From Alphaproteobacteria bacterium (GTDB lineage: Bacteria > Pseudomonadota > Alphaproteobacteria > RF32 > CAG-239), in the NCBI GenBank assembly GCA_045637985.1, contig JAZUAM010000020.1, positions 184 to 64,183 on the forward strand: DNA of 64,000 nucleotides, read 5' to 3'. Position numbers and translations under genes: made by a program. The first letter of the stretch is position 1. Each line of letters begins with the position of its first letter. Positions 1 through 7,840 of this stretch are shown in pieces. A model generated the notes under the pieces. The model was not told the DNA's origin. It made no database searches and worked only from the letters and a program-made list of their open reading frames with translations.

Positions 1-2
1 GT

Positions 3-839
3 TATCTCCACAAAGACGGATATCCGGAACTTTATAAAAAGATAAGTATGATTGGTAGCGTTGATGATTTATTCAAAGTTCCAGATTATAGCGGTGACTT
101 TGTTCGCGTTTATGGTGGAGATTCTGCTGCTGTAAATGCTCGACAAGAGGAAAGTTTGCCTGATTTTACTTTTTCCAGAGATATAGGTTGGACCGGGCAA
201 TATGGAACTGGATGGCCTAAAGAATCTGCAGATAGAACCACAGCAGGAACTGCAAACTCTTATGCTGTAACGACTCAAAAGATAAACCTTTCTTTTAGGG
301 CATCGGATGCTAATAGTATTTATTCTGGATCTCATGTTACACCTGTAAATACAGCTGTTCATGCTTATATTTATGCCGGAAAAATTAATACCTCAAAAGC
401 TTCAATAAAAGATCTCCCCAAGGATTGTAAAGCAAATTATTTCTACTACGCAGATGGAACATGTTCACAAACACGTAATACATCAAAAGGCTTAAAAGGT
501 ATTGTAATGACCGTATCTTCTTCAGCAACAGCGCAAATCGTACAATATATTACAGGCGGAAAAAATTATGAAAACTCTTATGAACGAGCAAATGCTAAAT
601 GTAGATCGTTGTATCAAACAGGTAGATTAATTGATCCAACTTCGGCAGCAACGTATATTGGCAACAAAATAACGGCTACAGTTAATGAAGTAGCTCCTAT
701 TTCAACCTCACGACAATATTGGAATAATTATGGAACCATTCATGCATGTACATCAACAACATCGTGTCATACAAACGGGGCAGCTGCTTCCGGTCAATAC
801 TATTATTATTATTGTCAAGGGAAAGATTATTTCTATTAA
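3..839 (+). CDS. Secreted phage-tail-collar-like domain protein, paralogue 1 (5' end outside the window)
   Basis: The track ORF starts at 48, but the same frame stays open to the window edge. It reads YLHKDGYPELY, which aligns with FLHKDAYPELY of the 2568-3647 paralogue, so the gene is cut by the window. It shares FKVPDYSGDFVRVYGG, HVTPVNTAVHAYIYAGK, DGTCSQTRNTSK and the C-terminal YYYYYCxGxDYFY end with the two other paralogues. Confidence 0.7.
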   Translation, partial: YLHKDGYPELYKKISMIGSVDDLFKVPDYSGDFVRVYGGDSAAVNARQEESLPDFTFSRDIGWTGQYGTGWPKESADRTTAGTANSYAVTTQKINLSFRASDANSIYSGSHVTPVNTAVHAYIYAGKINTSKASIKDLPKDCKANYFYYADGTCSQTRNTSKGLKGIVMTVSSSATAQIVQYITGGKNYENSYERANAKCRSLYQTGRLIDPTSAATYIGNKITATVNEVAPISTSRQYWNNYGTIHACTSTTSCHTNGAAASGQYYYYYCQGKDYFY

Positions 840-853
840 TCATAGGTTAGAAT

Positions 854-886
854 TACCAACCCCCCCTTTGCAAAGCGGGGGTGGTA
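854..886. terminator. GC-rich hairpin between convergent paralogues (probable bidirectional terminator, no clear U-tract)
   Basis: The sequence taccaaccccccc-tttgcaaagc-gggggtggta forms a ~10-bp stem. It sits between the stop at 839 (+) and the stop at 902 (-). It is related in sequence to the hairpin at 3667-3692. Confidence 0.4.
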
Positions 887-901
887 GACGTTATTCTATG
901 A

Positions 902-1981
902 CTAATAGAAGTAATCAGTGTTCATGCAGTAATAATAGTAGTATGTGCCGATTGTAGGGCTTCCGGCTGATGAACATGATGTGGTTGATGAGCACTTATA
1001 AACATTTCCAGAACCCTCCCAATATGTTTTTGAAGTCGAAATAGGATAAACTCTACCCGTTACAGATGTTATCTTAATGTAAGATTTAGCTGCGCTAACA
1101 CCTAAGACGCCACCATTCGCACCGTTTTTTTTGCACTCTGCTTCAGCTTCCACATAAGACTTAGCGGAAGACCCACCACCACTATAGTAAAATATAGTAT
1201 TGGAACCTGCACTATTTACAATACCTTTTAATGTTTTTGAGGTATTTAAGGATGAAGAGCAGGTTCCATCGGTATAATAGTATGAATTTGTTGTACAACC
1301 TGCAATCAAGTCTCTAGCTGATCCCTTAGATGTATCTACTTTACCTGCATAAATATAGGCGTTAACAGCTGTATTTACCGGTGTTACATGTGAACTGGCT
1401 CCATAGATAGAGCTGGATCTAGAAGCATCAAATTTCATTGTTATAAACCATCCCTCATCACCATCCACACCATCTCCGGTTTTTGACCCTTCATAAAATG
1501 CGCCGGTCGGAGCTACATATGATTGGTTTTCGGCTGAAGCTACCCATGTTCCGGTAATATTCGGCAAACTTTCTTTTTGACGTTGTGTTAAAGACCCTGA
1601 GTTTGTACCATAAACACGTACAAAGTCTCCGGCATAATCAGGAACTCTAAAAGTATTTCCGCTACCGCCAAATCTGGTTGAAAGTACCGCAAAAAGATCC
1701 GGATAAGCATTTTTGTGAAGATAGCGACCATCACATTTTACCCATTTTGAATCCGTTACGTCATAGGGAAAATACCCGATTTGGCCTACTGTAGCACTAG
1801 ATCCGATGCATTTACCTTTTGTTGTATCAAAAGGGCATTTAATAGAATCACTGCAACTCGCAACCGTATCGGTATAGCCCAGTTCTGCGCAAGTCGGCGG
1901 TGTAGCACAATTTATGGCGGCATAAGCTGAAGTGCTGGCTAGTAATGTGATTGTTAATGTAGCTAGATAGGCTCTGTTCAT
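902..1981 (-). CDS. Secreted phage-tail-collar-like domain protein, paralogue 2
   Basis: The track ORF is 902-2011. I prefer the ATG at 1981 (MNRAYLATLTITLLASTSAYA, a signal peptide ending AYA), which has GAGGAG 8 nt upstream. The mature part has a Cys-rich CATPPTCAELGYTD..CSDSIKCPFDTTKGKC module. It then shows GQIGYFP..KWVKCDGRYL..YPDLF..FGGSGNTFRVPDYAGDFVRVYG, a pattern I recognise as phage tail collar / MdpB-like. The C-terminus is Cys/Tyr-rich and ends YYYYYCMNTDYFY. Confidence 0.75.
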   Translation of the reverse strand: MNRAYLATLTITLLASTSAYAAINCATPPTCAELGYTDTVASCSDSIKCPFDTTKGKCIGSSATVGQIGYFPYDVTDSKWVKCDGRYLHKNAYPDLFAVLSTRFGGSGNTFRVPDYAGDFVRVYGTNSGSLTQRQKESLPNITGTWVASAENQSYVAPTGAFYEGSKTGDGVDGDEGWFITMKFDASRSSSIYGASSHVTPVNTAVNAYIYAGKVDTSKGSARDLIAGCTTNSYYYTDGTCSSSLNTSKTLKGIVNSAGSNTIFYYSGGGSSAKSYVEAEAECKKNGANGGVLGVSAAKSYIKITSVTGRVYPISTSKTYWEGSGNVYKCSSTTSCSSAGSPTIGTYYYYYCMNTDYFY

Positions 1982-2001
1982 GGGTAGTACTCCTCGTAAT
2001 G

Positions 2002-2037
2002 AATAGTGCATTTAAACCACCGTTTAAATGCACTATT
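2002..2037. repeat. 36-bp perfect palindrome (16-bp arms, 4-bp asymmetric centre CACC), left copy
   Basis: The sequence is aatagtgcatttaaac-cacc-gtttaaatgcactatt and the arms are exact reverse complements. It lies 20 nt upstream of the ATG of the minus-strand paralogue. A 33-nt block (1999-2031) is identical, in inverted orientation, to 2517-2549. Confidence 0.9.
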
Positions 2038-2172
2038 TTTTTGCCTGTTTTTTGAGGGAAGTTTTAACTCCCTTGATTTTGATGAATAATGCCTCATAAA
2101 AAAGGATGATATTTCTATTTGTTATCATGAAGTAATTTGTTGTTGAAGCAATCCTGTATTTTATGTATTCCT

Positions 2173-2300
2173 TCGTCGCTATCGCTCCTCGGAATGACTG
2201 AGGTGGTGAAGGTGGATTGCTTCAGCGCAAAGCGCTTCACAATGACAGAAAAAATAAAAAAATTGTCATCGCTTGAGCGAGGAACGAGCGATACCAGCGA
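2173..2300. repeat. REP/MITE-like nested palindromic element, GC-richer than its surroundings
   Basis: Imperfect terminal inverted repeats are present (tcgtcgctatcgctcctc at 2173-2190 versus the reverse complement of gaggaacgagcgataccagcga at 2279-2300). Internal hairpins include agcgc-aaa-gcgct and tgaca-gaaaaaataaaaaaat-tgtca. Related half-copies (ggagggatgact, ctcggagggaac on the reverse strand) occur at about 2347-2363 and 2391-2412. Confidence 0.6.
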
Positions 2301-2475
2301 TCTTCAATATTTGAATATAGAAGATCCCGTGACCAAATCTGGCGATTTGGAGGGATGACTTGATAGAGAAAGAGGCTTGACATCGTTCGCATTGTTCCCT
2401 CCGAGCTATGATATTTTTTGCAGCTATTTAATGTTACAAAAATATGAAAAACTGGCAAAAAATATCAAATCTTAA

Positions 2476-2504
2476 TTGTCTTTTTACCCTTTTTATTGTA
2501 TACT
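2476..2504 (+). promoter_or_regulatory. Sigma70-type promoter for paralogue 3 (TTGTCT-N17-TATACT)
   Basis: The -35 ttgtct is at 2476-2481, followed by an exactly 17-nt spacer and the -10 tatact at 2499-2504. The predicted transcription start falls at the edge of the palindrome 2511-2546. Confidence 0.5.
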
Positions 2505-2510
2505 GGTATC

Positions 2511-2546
2511 AATAAAGCATTTAAACGGTGGTTTAAATGCACTATT
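2511..2546. repeat. 36-bp palindrome (centre GGTG), right copy, inverted relative to the left copy
   Basis: The sequence is aataaagcatttaaac-ggtg-gtttaaatgcactatt, with 14 of 16 arm positions complementary. It lies 21 nt upstream of the ATG at 2568. Its centre GGTG is the reverse complement of the left-copy centre CACC. Confidence 0.9.
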
Positions 2547-2567
2547 CATCACGAGGAGACAATACCC

Positions 2568-3647
2568 ATGAAAAAAGCCTGTTTAACTTCAATAGCAACC
2601 ACCTTATTAACAGCGACCTCTGCTTATGCCTTGGATTGTGCTACACCACCTAGTTGTGCAGATTTGGGATATACAGATGAGGCTGCAAGTTGCAGTGATT
2701 CTATCAAATGCCCATTTGACACAACAAAAGGTAAATGTATCGGTTCTGGCGCCACCGTCGGACAAATCGGGTATTTCCCTTATACGGTAAACGATCCAAA
2801 ATGGGTAAAATGTGATGGGCGTTTTCTTCACAAAGATGCTTATCCGGAGCTTTATAATGTATTAAAATATTCATTTGGCGGTAGCGGAAATGCTTTTAGA
2901 GTTCCTGATTATGCCGGAGACTTTGTACGTGTTTATGGGGGGAATTCTAATAGCGTAACAACACGTCAGTCAGAAGGTTTGCCTAACATTTATGGCTCAC
3001 TTATTGCTGTAACACAGGACCATGCGCCGTCGGGGGCGTTTACAAAAAATTCAACCGCGAACTCAGGAATCCGCGGAGGAGGAGATTCAGATACTTGGAG
3101 GTGGAATATGAGCTTTAACGCTTCTAGCTATAACCCGATTTATGGAGCAAGCTTGCACGTTACACCGGTAAATACGGCTGTTAATGCCTATGTTTATGCC
3201 GGTAAGGTTGATACATCTGCAGGATCTGCAAAAAATTTACCGACAGATTGTGCTGAAGGTTATTACTATTATACCGATGGAACTTGTTCTTCGACGCGCA
3301 ATACATCCAAAACACAACGTGGTATTATTACATATGTATCCAAAGGAACAAGTCAAACCAGTGTTTCGTTTATCTGGGGAGGATCATATACAGCTTCTAC
3401 TTATGCAGTAGCTGAATCGCAGTGCAAAAGTAATTACAATGGATGGGTTAGAAGCGTGTATGATGCAAAAGTTATTCCAACATCAGCAACCGGAAATACA
3501 TATCCGATTACAGCAGGACGTTCTTATTGGTCTTACAGCACCTCTGTCTATAAATGTACCGGAACAACAACATCAACATGTACATCAACCTCAACTTTGC
3601 CAACGTCTGCTTACTATTGGTGTGGCGGATCTGACTACTATTACTAG
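2568..3647 (+). CDS. Secreted phage-tail-collar-like domain protein, paralogue 3
   Basis: The track ORF begins at a TTG at 2496, which lies inside the promoter and palindrome. I prefer the ATG at 2568 (MKKACLTSIATTLLTATSAYA, a signal peptide), which has GAGGAG upstream. Its architecture matches paralogue 2. A 62-nt DNA block (2877-2938) matches 1608-1669 on the opposite strand with one mismatch. Confidence 0.75.
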   Translation: MKKACLTSIATTLLTATSAYALDCATPPSCADLGYTDEAASCSDSIKCPFDTTKGKCIGSGATVGQIGYFPYTVNDPKWVKCDGRFLHKDAYPELYNVLKYSFGGSGNAFRVPDYAGDFVRVYGGNSNSVTTRQSEGLPNIYGSLIAVTQDHAPSGAFTKNSTANSGIRGGGDSDTWRWNMSFNASSYNPIYGASLHVTPVNTAVNAYVYAGKVDTSAGSAKNLPTDCAEGYYYYTDGTCSSTRNTSKTQRGIITYVSKGTSQTSVSFIWGGSYTASTYAVAESQCKSNYNGWVRSVYDAKVIPTSATGNTYPITAGRSYWSYSTSVYKCTGTTTSTCTSTSTLPTSAYYWCGGSDYYY

Positions 3648-3666
3648 TTATACAGATAATTATGTA

Positions 3667-3692
3667 AACCCCCGTTTTGCAAAACGGGGGTT
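3667..3692 (+). terminator. Perfect GC-rich hairpin after paralogue 3 (probable terminator, weak U-tract)
   Basis: The sequence aacccccgtttt-gc-aaaacgggggtt is a perfect palindrome located 20 nt after the stop codon. Confidence 0.45.
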
Positions 3693-3895
3693 AAAATTAT
3701 GTAAGGCAAAATAATCATTGTTATTGAATGGCACAAAAACACTATTTTCTTGTGAAGTTGTTAATATCTTAAATAAATGGTTAACTAAACAATATTTTTA
3801 AGTTAAATGATAGATAAATGGGGAAAATGATTCGCACAGATTTTTGGTTGTGCGTGTCAGTGTGTTTATATTTTTTATTATAGATTGGGGAATCT

Positions 3896-5527
3896 ATGAA
3901 TAATAGTATTTTGCAGGCTATCAAAAATATGTCGCCGTCCAAGATGGCATCTATTGCGGCAATTATAATCTTTTTAATCAGCTTTTTTGTTTATGTCGCT
4001 GTTCAGATGAGCGGTAGCGATTACGATGTTTTGTATTCCGATTTAGAACTTGAAGATGCAAAACAAATTACCGATCGTCTGGATTCTGCAAATATTGACT
4101 ATCGCCTCGAAAAAAACGGAACAGAGATTTTGGTTCCTGTTGAAGATGTCAACAAGTTGCGTATCGATACAGCAGATTTAGCTTTGGGGTCGGGGCGTGC
4201 ACATGTCGGGTACGAGGTTTTTGATAATGCCGATGCCTTAGGTTCTACCAATTTTGTTCAAAATGTAAATCTGTTACGCGCTTTAGAGGGCGAATTGGCT
4301 CGTACCGTTATGTCTGTTGACAATATTCGCTCAGCCAGAGTTCATCTGGTTATGCCCAAGCGAGAACTCTTTTCTCGTGAAGAGCAGGTTCCGACAGCAT
4401 CAGTGGTTATCAAGACCAAAGAAGGAGCGCTAAGTCAACACAGTATTCGTTCAATCCAAAAGCTTATATCAGCGGCTGTGCCAAAATTAATGGTTGAAAA
4501 TGTTTCAATAGTCGATTCGGACGGTAACCTTTTGACAGAGGTTGGTGAAGAAGAAACCGAGTTATTGAAAAAAAGTTCTAACGAAGCTATGCGTTTAGAG
4601 CAAGAATATAAAATGAATCAACGTTTGCAACAGGTTTTAGAAAAAAGTTTGGGTGTAGGCAAAGCTCAAGTTCAAGTCAATCTTGAAATGGATTTCGATG
4701 AAGTTGTAACCAACGAAGAAATATACGATCCCGATAGTCAGGTCGTTCGTTCTCAGGCCAGTATGACTGAGGAAGGAACTTCCGGACAAGAGGCCGGACA
4801 GCCGGTAACCGTAGGGCAAAATATTCCAAACGGTGACAGTTCATTTCCTACATATGGAAACGGTTTTGGTACAATGTCAAAAACCGAAGAAACCATAAAT
4901 TATGAGATTTCCAAAGTTGTCCGCAACAAGGTCAAAACAACCGGTACAGTCAGTCGTGTGACTGCCGCTGTTTCTGTTGACGGAACATACAAACGCAATG
5001 CTAAAGGACGTTTGGTTTATCAACCACGCACTCCTGAAGAAATGGAACGGTTAACTAATTTGGTTAAAGCTGCTGTCGGCTATGATGCAAATCGCGGCGA
5101 TTTGGTGCAAGTGGAAAATATACGTTTTTCATCATTTGTTGACGATTCTGAAGAAATTGTTGAAACATTGTATATGGGCTTTAGTAAAGCTGAGTTAATG
5201 CGGATGGCCGAAGGTCTTGGTGTTGCAATTATAGCAATATTGGTTATTTTATTGGTTATCAGACCTCTTATCAACAATGCCTTCGAGGTATCAAGTTCAA
5301 ATTCTGCCGAAAAACTTATTTCTTCCGGTGAAGAAGGTGATAATCTGTTGTTGTCAAACTTCTTGAGCGACAGTTTTGATGAGACGGCTGAAGAGCTTGT
5401 TAATATGAATAAGGTTGATGGCAGAATTAAAGTATCATCACTGAAAAAACTCAATGCAACAGTTGAGAAGAATCCTGATGCAGCCGTAAATGTCATTCGC
5501 ACATGGTTATATAATAACGAAGGTTAA
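3896..5527 (+). CDS. fliF: Flagellar M-ring protein FliF
   Basis: It has an N-terminal TM segment and the YscJ/FliF-type ring region ([25 protein letters not shown]). A second TM segment ([14 protein letters not shown]) lies near the C-terminus. It is the first gene of a fliF-fliG-fliH-fliN run. Confidence 0.9.
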   Translation: MNNSILQAIKNMSPSKMASIAAIIIFLISFFVYVAVQMSGSDYDVLYSDLELEDAKQITDRLDSANIDYRLEKNGTEILVPVEDVNKLRIDTADLALGSGRAHVGYEVFDNADALGSTNFVQNVNLLRALEGELARTVMSVDNIRSARVHLVMPKRELFSREEQVPTASVVIKTKEGALSQHSIRSIQKLISAAVPKLMVENVSIVDSDGNLLTEVGEEETELLKKSSNEAMRLEQEYKMNQRLQQVLEKSLGVGKAQVQVNLEMDFDEVVTNEEIYDPDSQVVRSQASMTEEGTSGQEAGQPVTVGQNIPNGDSSFPTYGNGFGTMSKTEETINYEISKVVRNKVKTTGTVSRVTAAVSVDGTYKRNAKGRLVYQPRTPEEMERLTNLVKAAVGYDANRGDLVQVENIRFSSFVDDSEEIVETLYMGFSKAELMRMAEGLGVAIIAILVILLVIRPLINNAFEVSSSNSAEKLISSGEEGDNLLLSNFLSDSFDETAEELVNMNKVDGRIKVSSLKKLNATVEKNPDAAVNVIRTWLYNNEG

Positions 5528-5532
5528 GAACA

Positions 5533-6561
5533 ATGGCTATAAAACAAAACGTTATTGATGATTACAATTTATTATCCGGTCAGCAAAAAGCAGCGATTTT
5601 GATGCTGTCTTTAGATGAGGAACGTTCATCAAGCTTGTTTGCTTTGATGGATGATGAAGAGATTAAAGAATTGTCTGTAATTATGGCATCTTTAGGTAAA
5701 ATTAATTCCAGTGTTATAGAACAGCTCATTTTGGAATTTAATGACAAAATATCATCTACCGGAAGTTTGGTCGGTACATATGAAAGCACGGAGCGTCTAT
5801 TGGCAAAAGCGCTCGATAAAGATAGAGTTTCCGTAATTATGGAAGAAATACGCGGTCCTGCCGGAAGAACAATGTGGGATAAATTGGGCAATGTTAACGA
5901 ACATGTTTTGGCAAATTATTTGAAAAATGAATACCCTCAAACCATTGCCGTAATTCTATCTAAGATTAAAGCTGAACATGCCGCAAAAGTTATTGCACTT
6001 TTTCCAGAAAATTTTGCAATGGAAATTGTTATGCGTATGTTGCGGATGGATTCGGTTCAAAAAGAGGTTTTAGACAGTTTGGAAAAAACTTTGCGTAAAG
6101 AATTTATGAGTAATTTGTCAAAATCAACCAGACGTGATGCTCACGAACTTATTGCCGATATATTTAACTCGCTTGATCGTAATACCGAAAATCGTTTTAT
6201 GGATGCATTGGAAGAACGTAACCGCGAAAGTGCCGAACGTGTCAAGTCTTTGATGTTTACATTTGAAGACCTCACACGTATCGATTCTCAAGGTATTCAA
6301 ATATTGTTGCGTAATATTGATAAAGATAAGTTAGCAATAGCCTTAAAAGGCGCTTCAGATACGGTTAAAGATTTGTTCTTTAACAATATGTCTACACGTG
6401 CCGGAAAAATTATCAAAGAAGACATGGATGCGATGGGACCGGTTCGTATGCGCGATGTTGAAGAAGCTCAACAATACATTGTGGCTACAGCGAAAGATCT
6501 TTCCAATAGTGGCGAAATTGTTGTTTCTGAAGGCAATGGTAGCGACGAATTGGTATATTAG
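5533..6561 (+). CDS. fliG: Flagellar motor switch protein FliG
   Basis: It contains [17 protein letters not shown] and a C-terminal region with [13 protein letters not shown]. It starts 5 nt after fliF, and its length of 342 aa is typical. Confidence 0.9.
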   Translation: MAIKQNVIDDYNLLSGQQKAAILMLSLDEERSSSLFALMDDEEIKELSVIMASLGKINSSVIEQLILEFNDKISSTGSLVGTYESTERLLAKALDKDRVSVIMEEIRGPAGRTMWDKLGNVNEHVLANYLKNEYPQTIAVILSKIKAEHAAKVIALFPENFAMEIVMRMLRMDSVQKEVLDSLEKTLRKEFMSNLSKSTRRDAHELIADIFNSLDRNTENRFMDALEERNRESAERVKSLMFTFEDLTRIDSQGIQILLRNIDKDKLAIALKGASDTVKDLFFNNMSTRAGKIIKEDMDAMGPVRMRDVEEAQQYIVATAKDLSNSGEIVVSEGNGSDELVY

Positions 6562-6579
6562 TAAAGGATATAATTACAA

Positions 6580-7461
6580 GTGGCGGAATATCAGAAATAT
6601 ATGTTTGATAACTTTGTTGTTGAAATCAACAAGGACAAAGATATTGAAACTGAAATGCTGCCTGAATCAGAAGAAGAGAGACTTGCTGATTGTGAAACCT
6701 TTGATGAAAATAGCTCAGATGTTGTTAGCGAAACAAATATGGGTGATTTGCCTATTGAAAACTTTGATACCCCAACAGATGAGCTGACAGAAGAACAATC
6801 AGAAACAGCATCTCTTTCAGATACTGAGACAACAATCGATTCTGAAAAAATGACTGACGTAATGCCTGTTTCGGAAAGCGAGCCGGAAAAAACTTTTGAA
6901 GAAGAACATGTTGACAATACTCCGGAAATTATTGAGCCGTCTTATTCTGAAGAAGAACTCAAAGAGGCTGTAAAACAAGCCGAGGAAGTTGCTTATAGCA
7001 AAGGTTTTCAAGCTGCATCAGATGACATAAGCGAAAAACATAATTTGTTGTTAGGTGATATCAAAAATCAATTAATGGCTATTTATGCAGAAATAGAAAA
7101 CAAGAAATCGGAAATAGAAACTTCTTCGCTCAAGTTTGCGTTGGGTGTAATTCGAAAAGTTTTACCAACTCTTGAACGTGAACGAGCAGAGGCCGAAGTT
7201 AAAAGTTTTTTGGCGGATAATTTTGCTAATTTTGCCACTCAAGAAAGCTTGTCGTTTTCATTTAATCCCGAAACAGTATCGTTGGTTGCAGAAAGTATAG
7301 GACGACTTGCCGAACAAAATGATTTTGAGGGAAAAATAGCCGTTCATAAAGACGCATCTTTGGGTGTATCTGATTGTCGTGTAGAATGGAAATCCGGTGG
7401 AGTAGAACGCAGTATGACAAAAACACTGGATAAGATAGAAAACTTGATTGGAAATAATTAA
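6580..7461 (+). CDS. fliH: Probable flagellar assembly protein FliH
   Basis: The call rests mainly on its position between fliG and fliN, as in alphaproteobacterial clusters. The N-terminal half is very acidic and the C-terminal half is FliH-sized. The track start is a GTG, and an in-frame ATG at 6601 is an alternative. Confidence 0.55.
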   Translation: MAEYQKYMFDNFVVEINKDKDIETEMLPESEEERLADCETFDENSSDVVSETNMGDLPIENFDTPTDELTEEQSETASLSDTETTIDSEKMTDVMPVSESEPEKTFEEEHVDNTPEIIEPSYSEEELKEAVKQAEEVAYSKGFQAASDDISEKHNLLLGDIKNQLMAIYAEIENKKSEIETSSLKFALGVIRKVLPTLERERAEAEVKSFLADNFANFATQESLSFSFNPETVSLVAESIGRLAEQNDFEGKIAVHKDASLGVSDCRVEWKSGGVERSMTKTLDKIENLIGNN

Positions 7462-7472
7462 AGAGAGGGAAA

Positions 7473-7829
7473 ATGGATAAAAATTTAGAACTTGATGAAA
7501 TGAGCGAATCTTCTGTTTTGGATGATGAGCCTATTTTGCGTAAGGATATAGGTGTTGAGGATTTTGATATTCCTACATCTACGTCGGATCTTGAAGCTGT
7601 TTATAATATTCCGGTAAAAGTTTCGGCAGTACTTGGTAAAACAAGTATGAAGGTAAGTCAATTAATGAAACTTAACAAAGGAGCCATCATCGAACTTGAT
7701 CGCAAAGTCGGCGAAGCTATAGACATCTACGTTAACAACAGTTTGGTTGCTCGCGGAGAGGTTGTTGTTGTTGATGAAAAACTTGGTATTACAATGACCG
7801 AAATTGTTAAGGCCAGCAACAATAAATAA
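7473..7829 (+). CDS. fliN: Flagellar motor switch protein FliN
   Basis: It has a C-terminal SpoA/FliN domain: IPVKVSAVLGKTSMKVSQLMKLNKGAIIELD...VARGEVVVVDEKLGITMTEI. Confidence 0.85.
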   Translation: MDKNLELDEMSESSVLDDEPILRKDIGVEDFDIPTSTSDLEAVYNIPVKVSAVLGKTSMKVSQLMKLNKGAIIELDRKVGEAIDIYVNNSLVARGEVVVVDEKLGITMTEIVKASNNK

Positions 7830-7840
7830 GGTTTACAAAA

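Noticed and set aside
2137-2458. Track ORFs 2137-2358 (+) and 2237-2458 (-) in the divergent spacer.
   Set aside because: They overlap each other on opposite strands and read straight through the palindromic REP/MITE-like element. They lack ribosome-binding sites. Their peptides look like repeat-derived junk rather than proteins.
1-3700. Diversity-generating retroelement or shufflon acting on the tail-collar paralogues.
   Set aside because: No reverse transcriptase, template repeat or recombinase gene is present in the window. Each visible copy with an intact 5' end is a complete gene with its own signal peptide, rather than a set of alternative C-terminal cassettes. Only the promoter-inversion and gene-conversion ideas are retained as findings.
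3729-3745. TGGCAC upstream of fliF as a possible sigma54 promoter.
   Set aside because: The -24 half matches, but the position 10 nt after GG is CT, not GC (tggcacaaaaacact). There is therefore no -12 TTGC element. I also found no TTAA-N7-TTAA CtrA-type box with correct spacing in 3700-3895, only TTAA-rich AT-rich sequence.
6591-7011. Antisense ORFs 6591-6917 and 6817-7011 (-) within fliH.
   Set aside because: They are serine/phenylalanine-rich mirror translations of the GAA/GAT-rich acidic region of fliH. No independent start signals are present.
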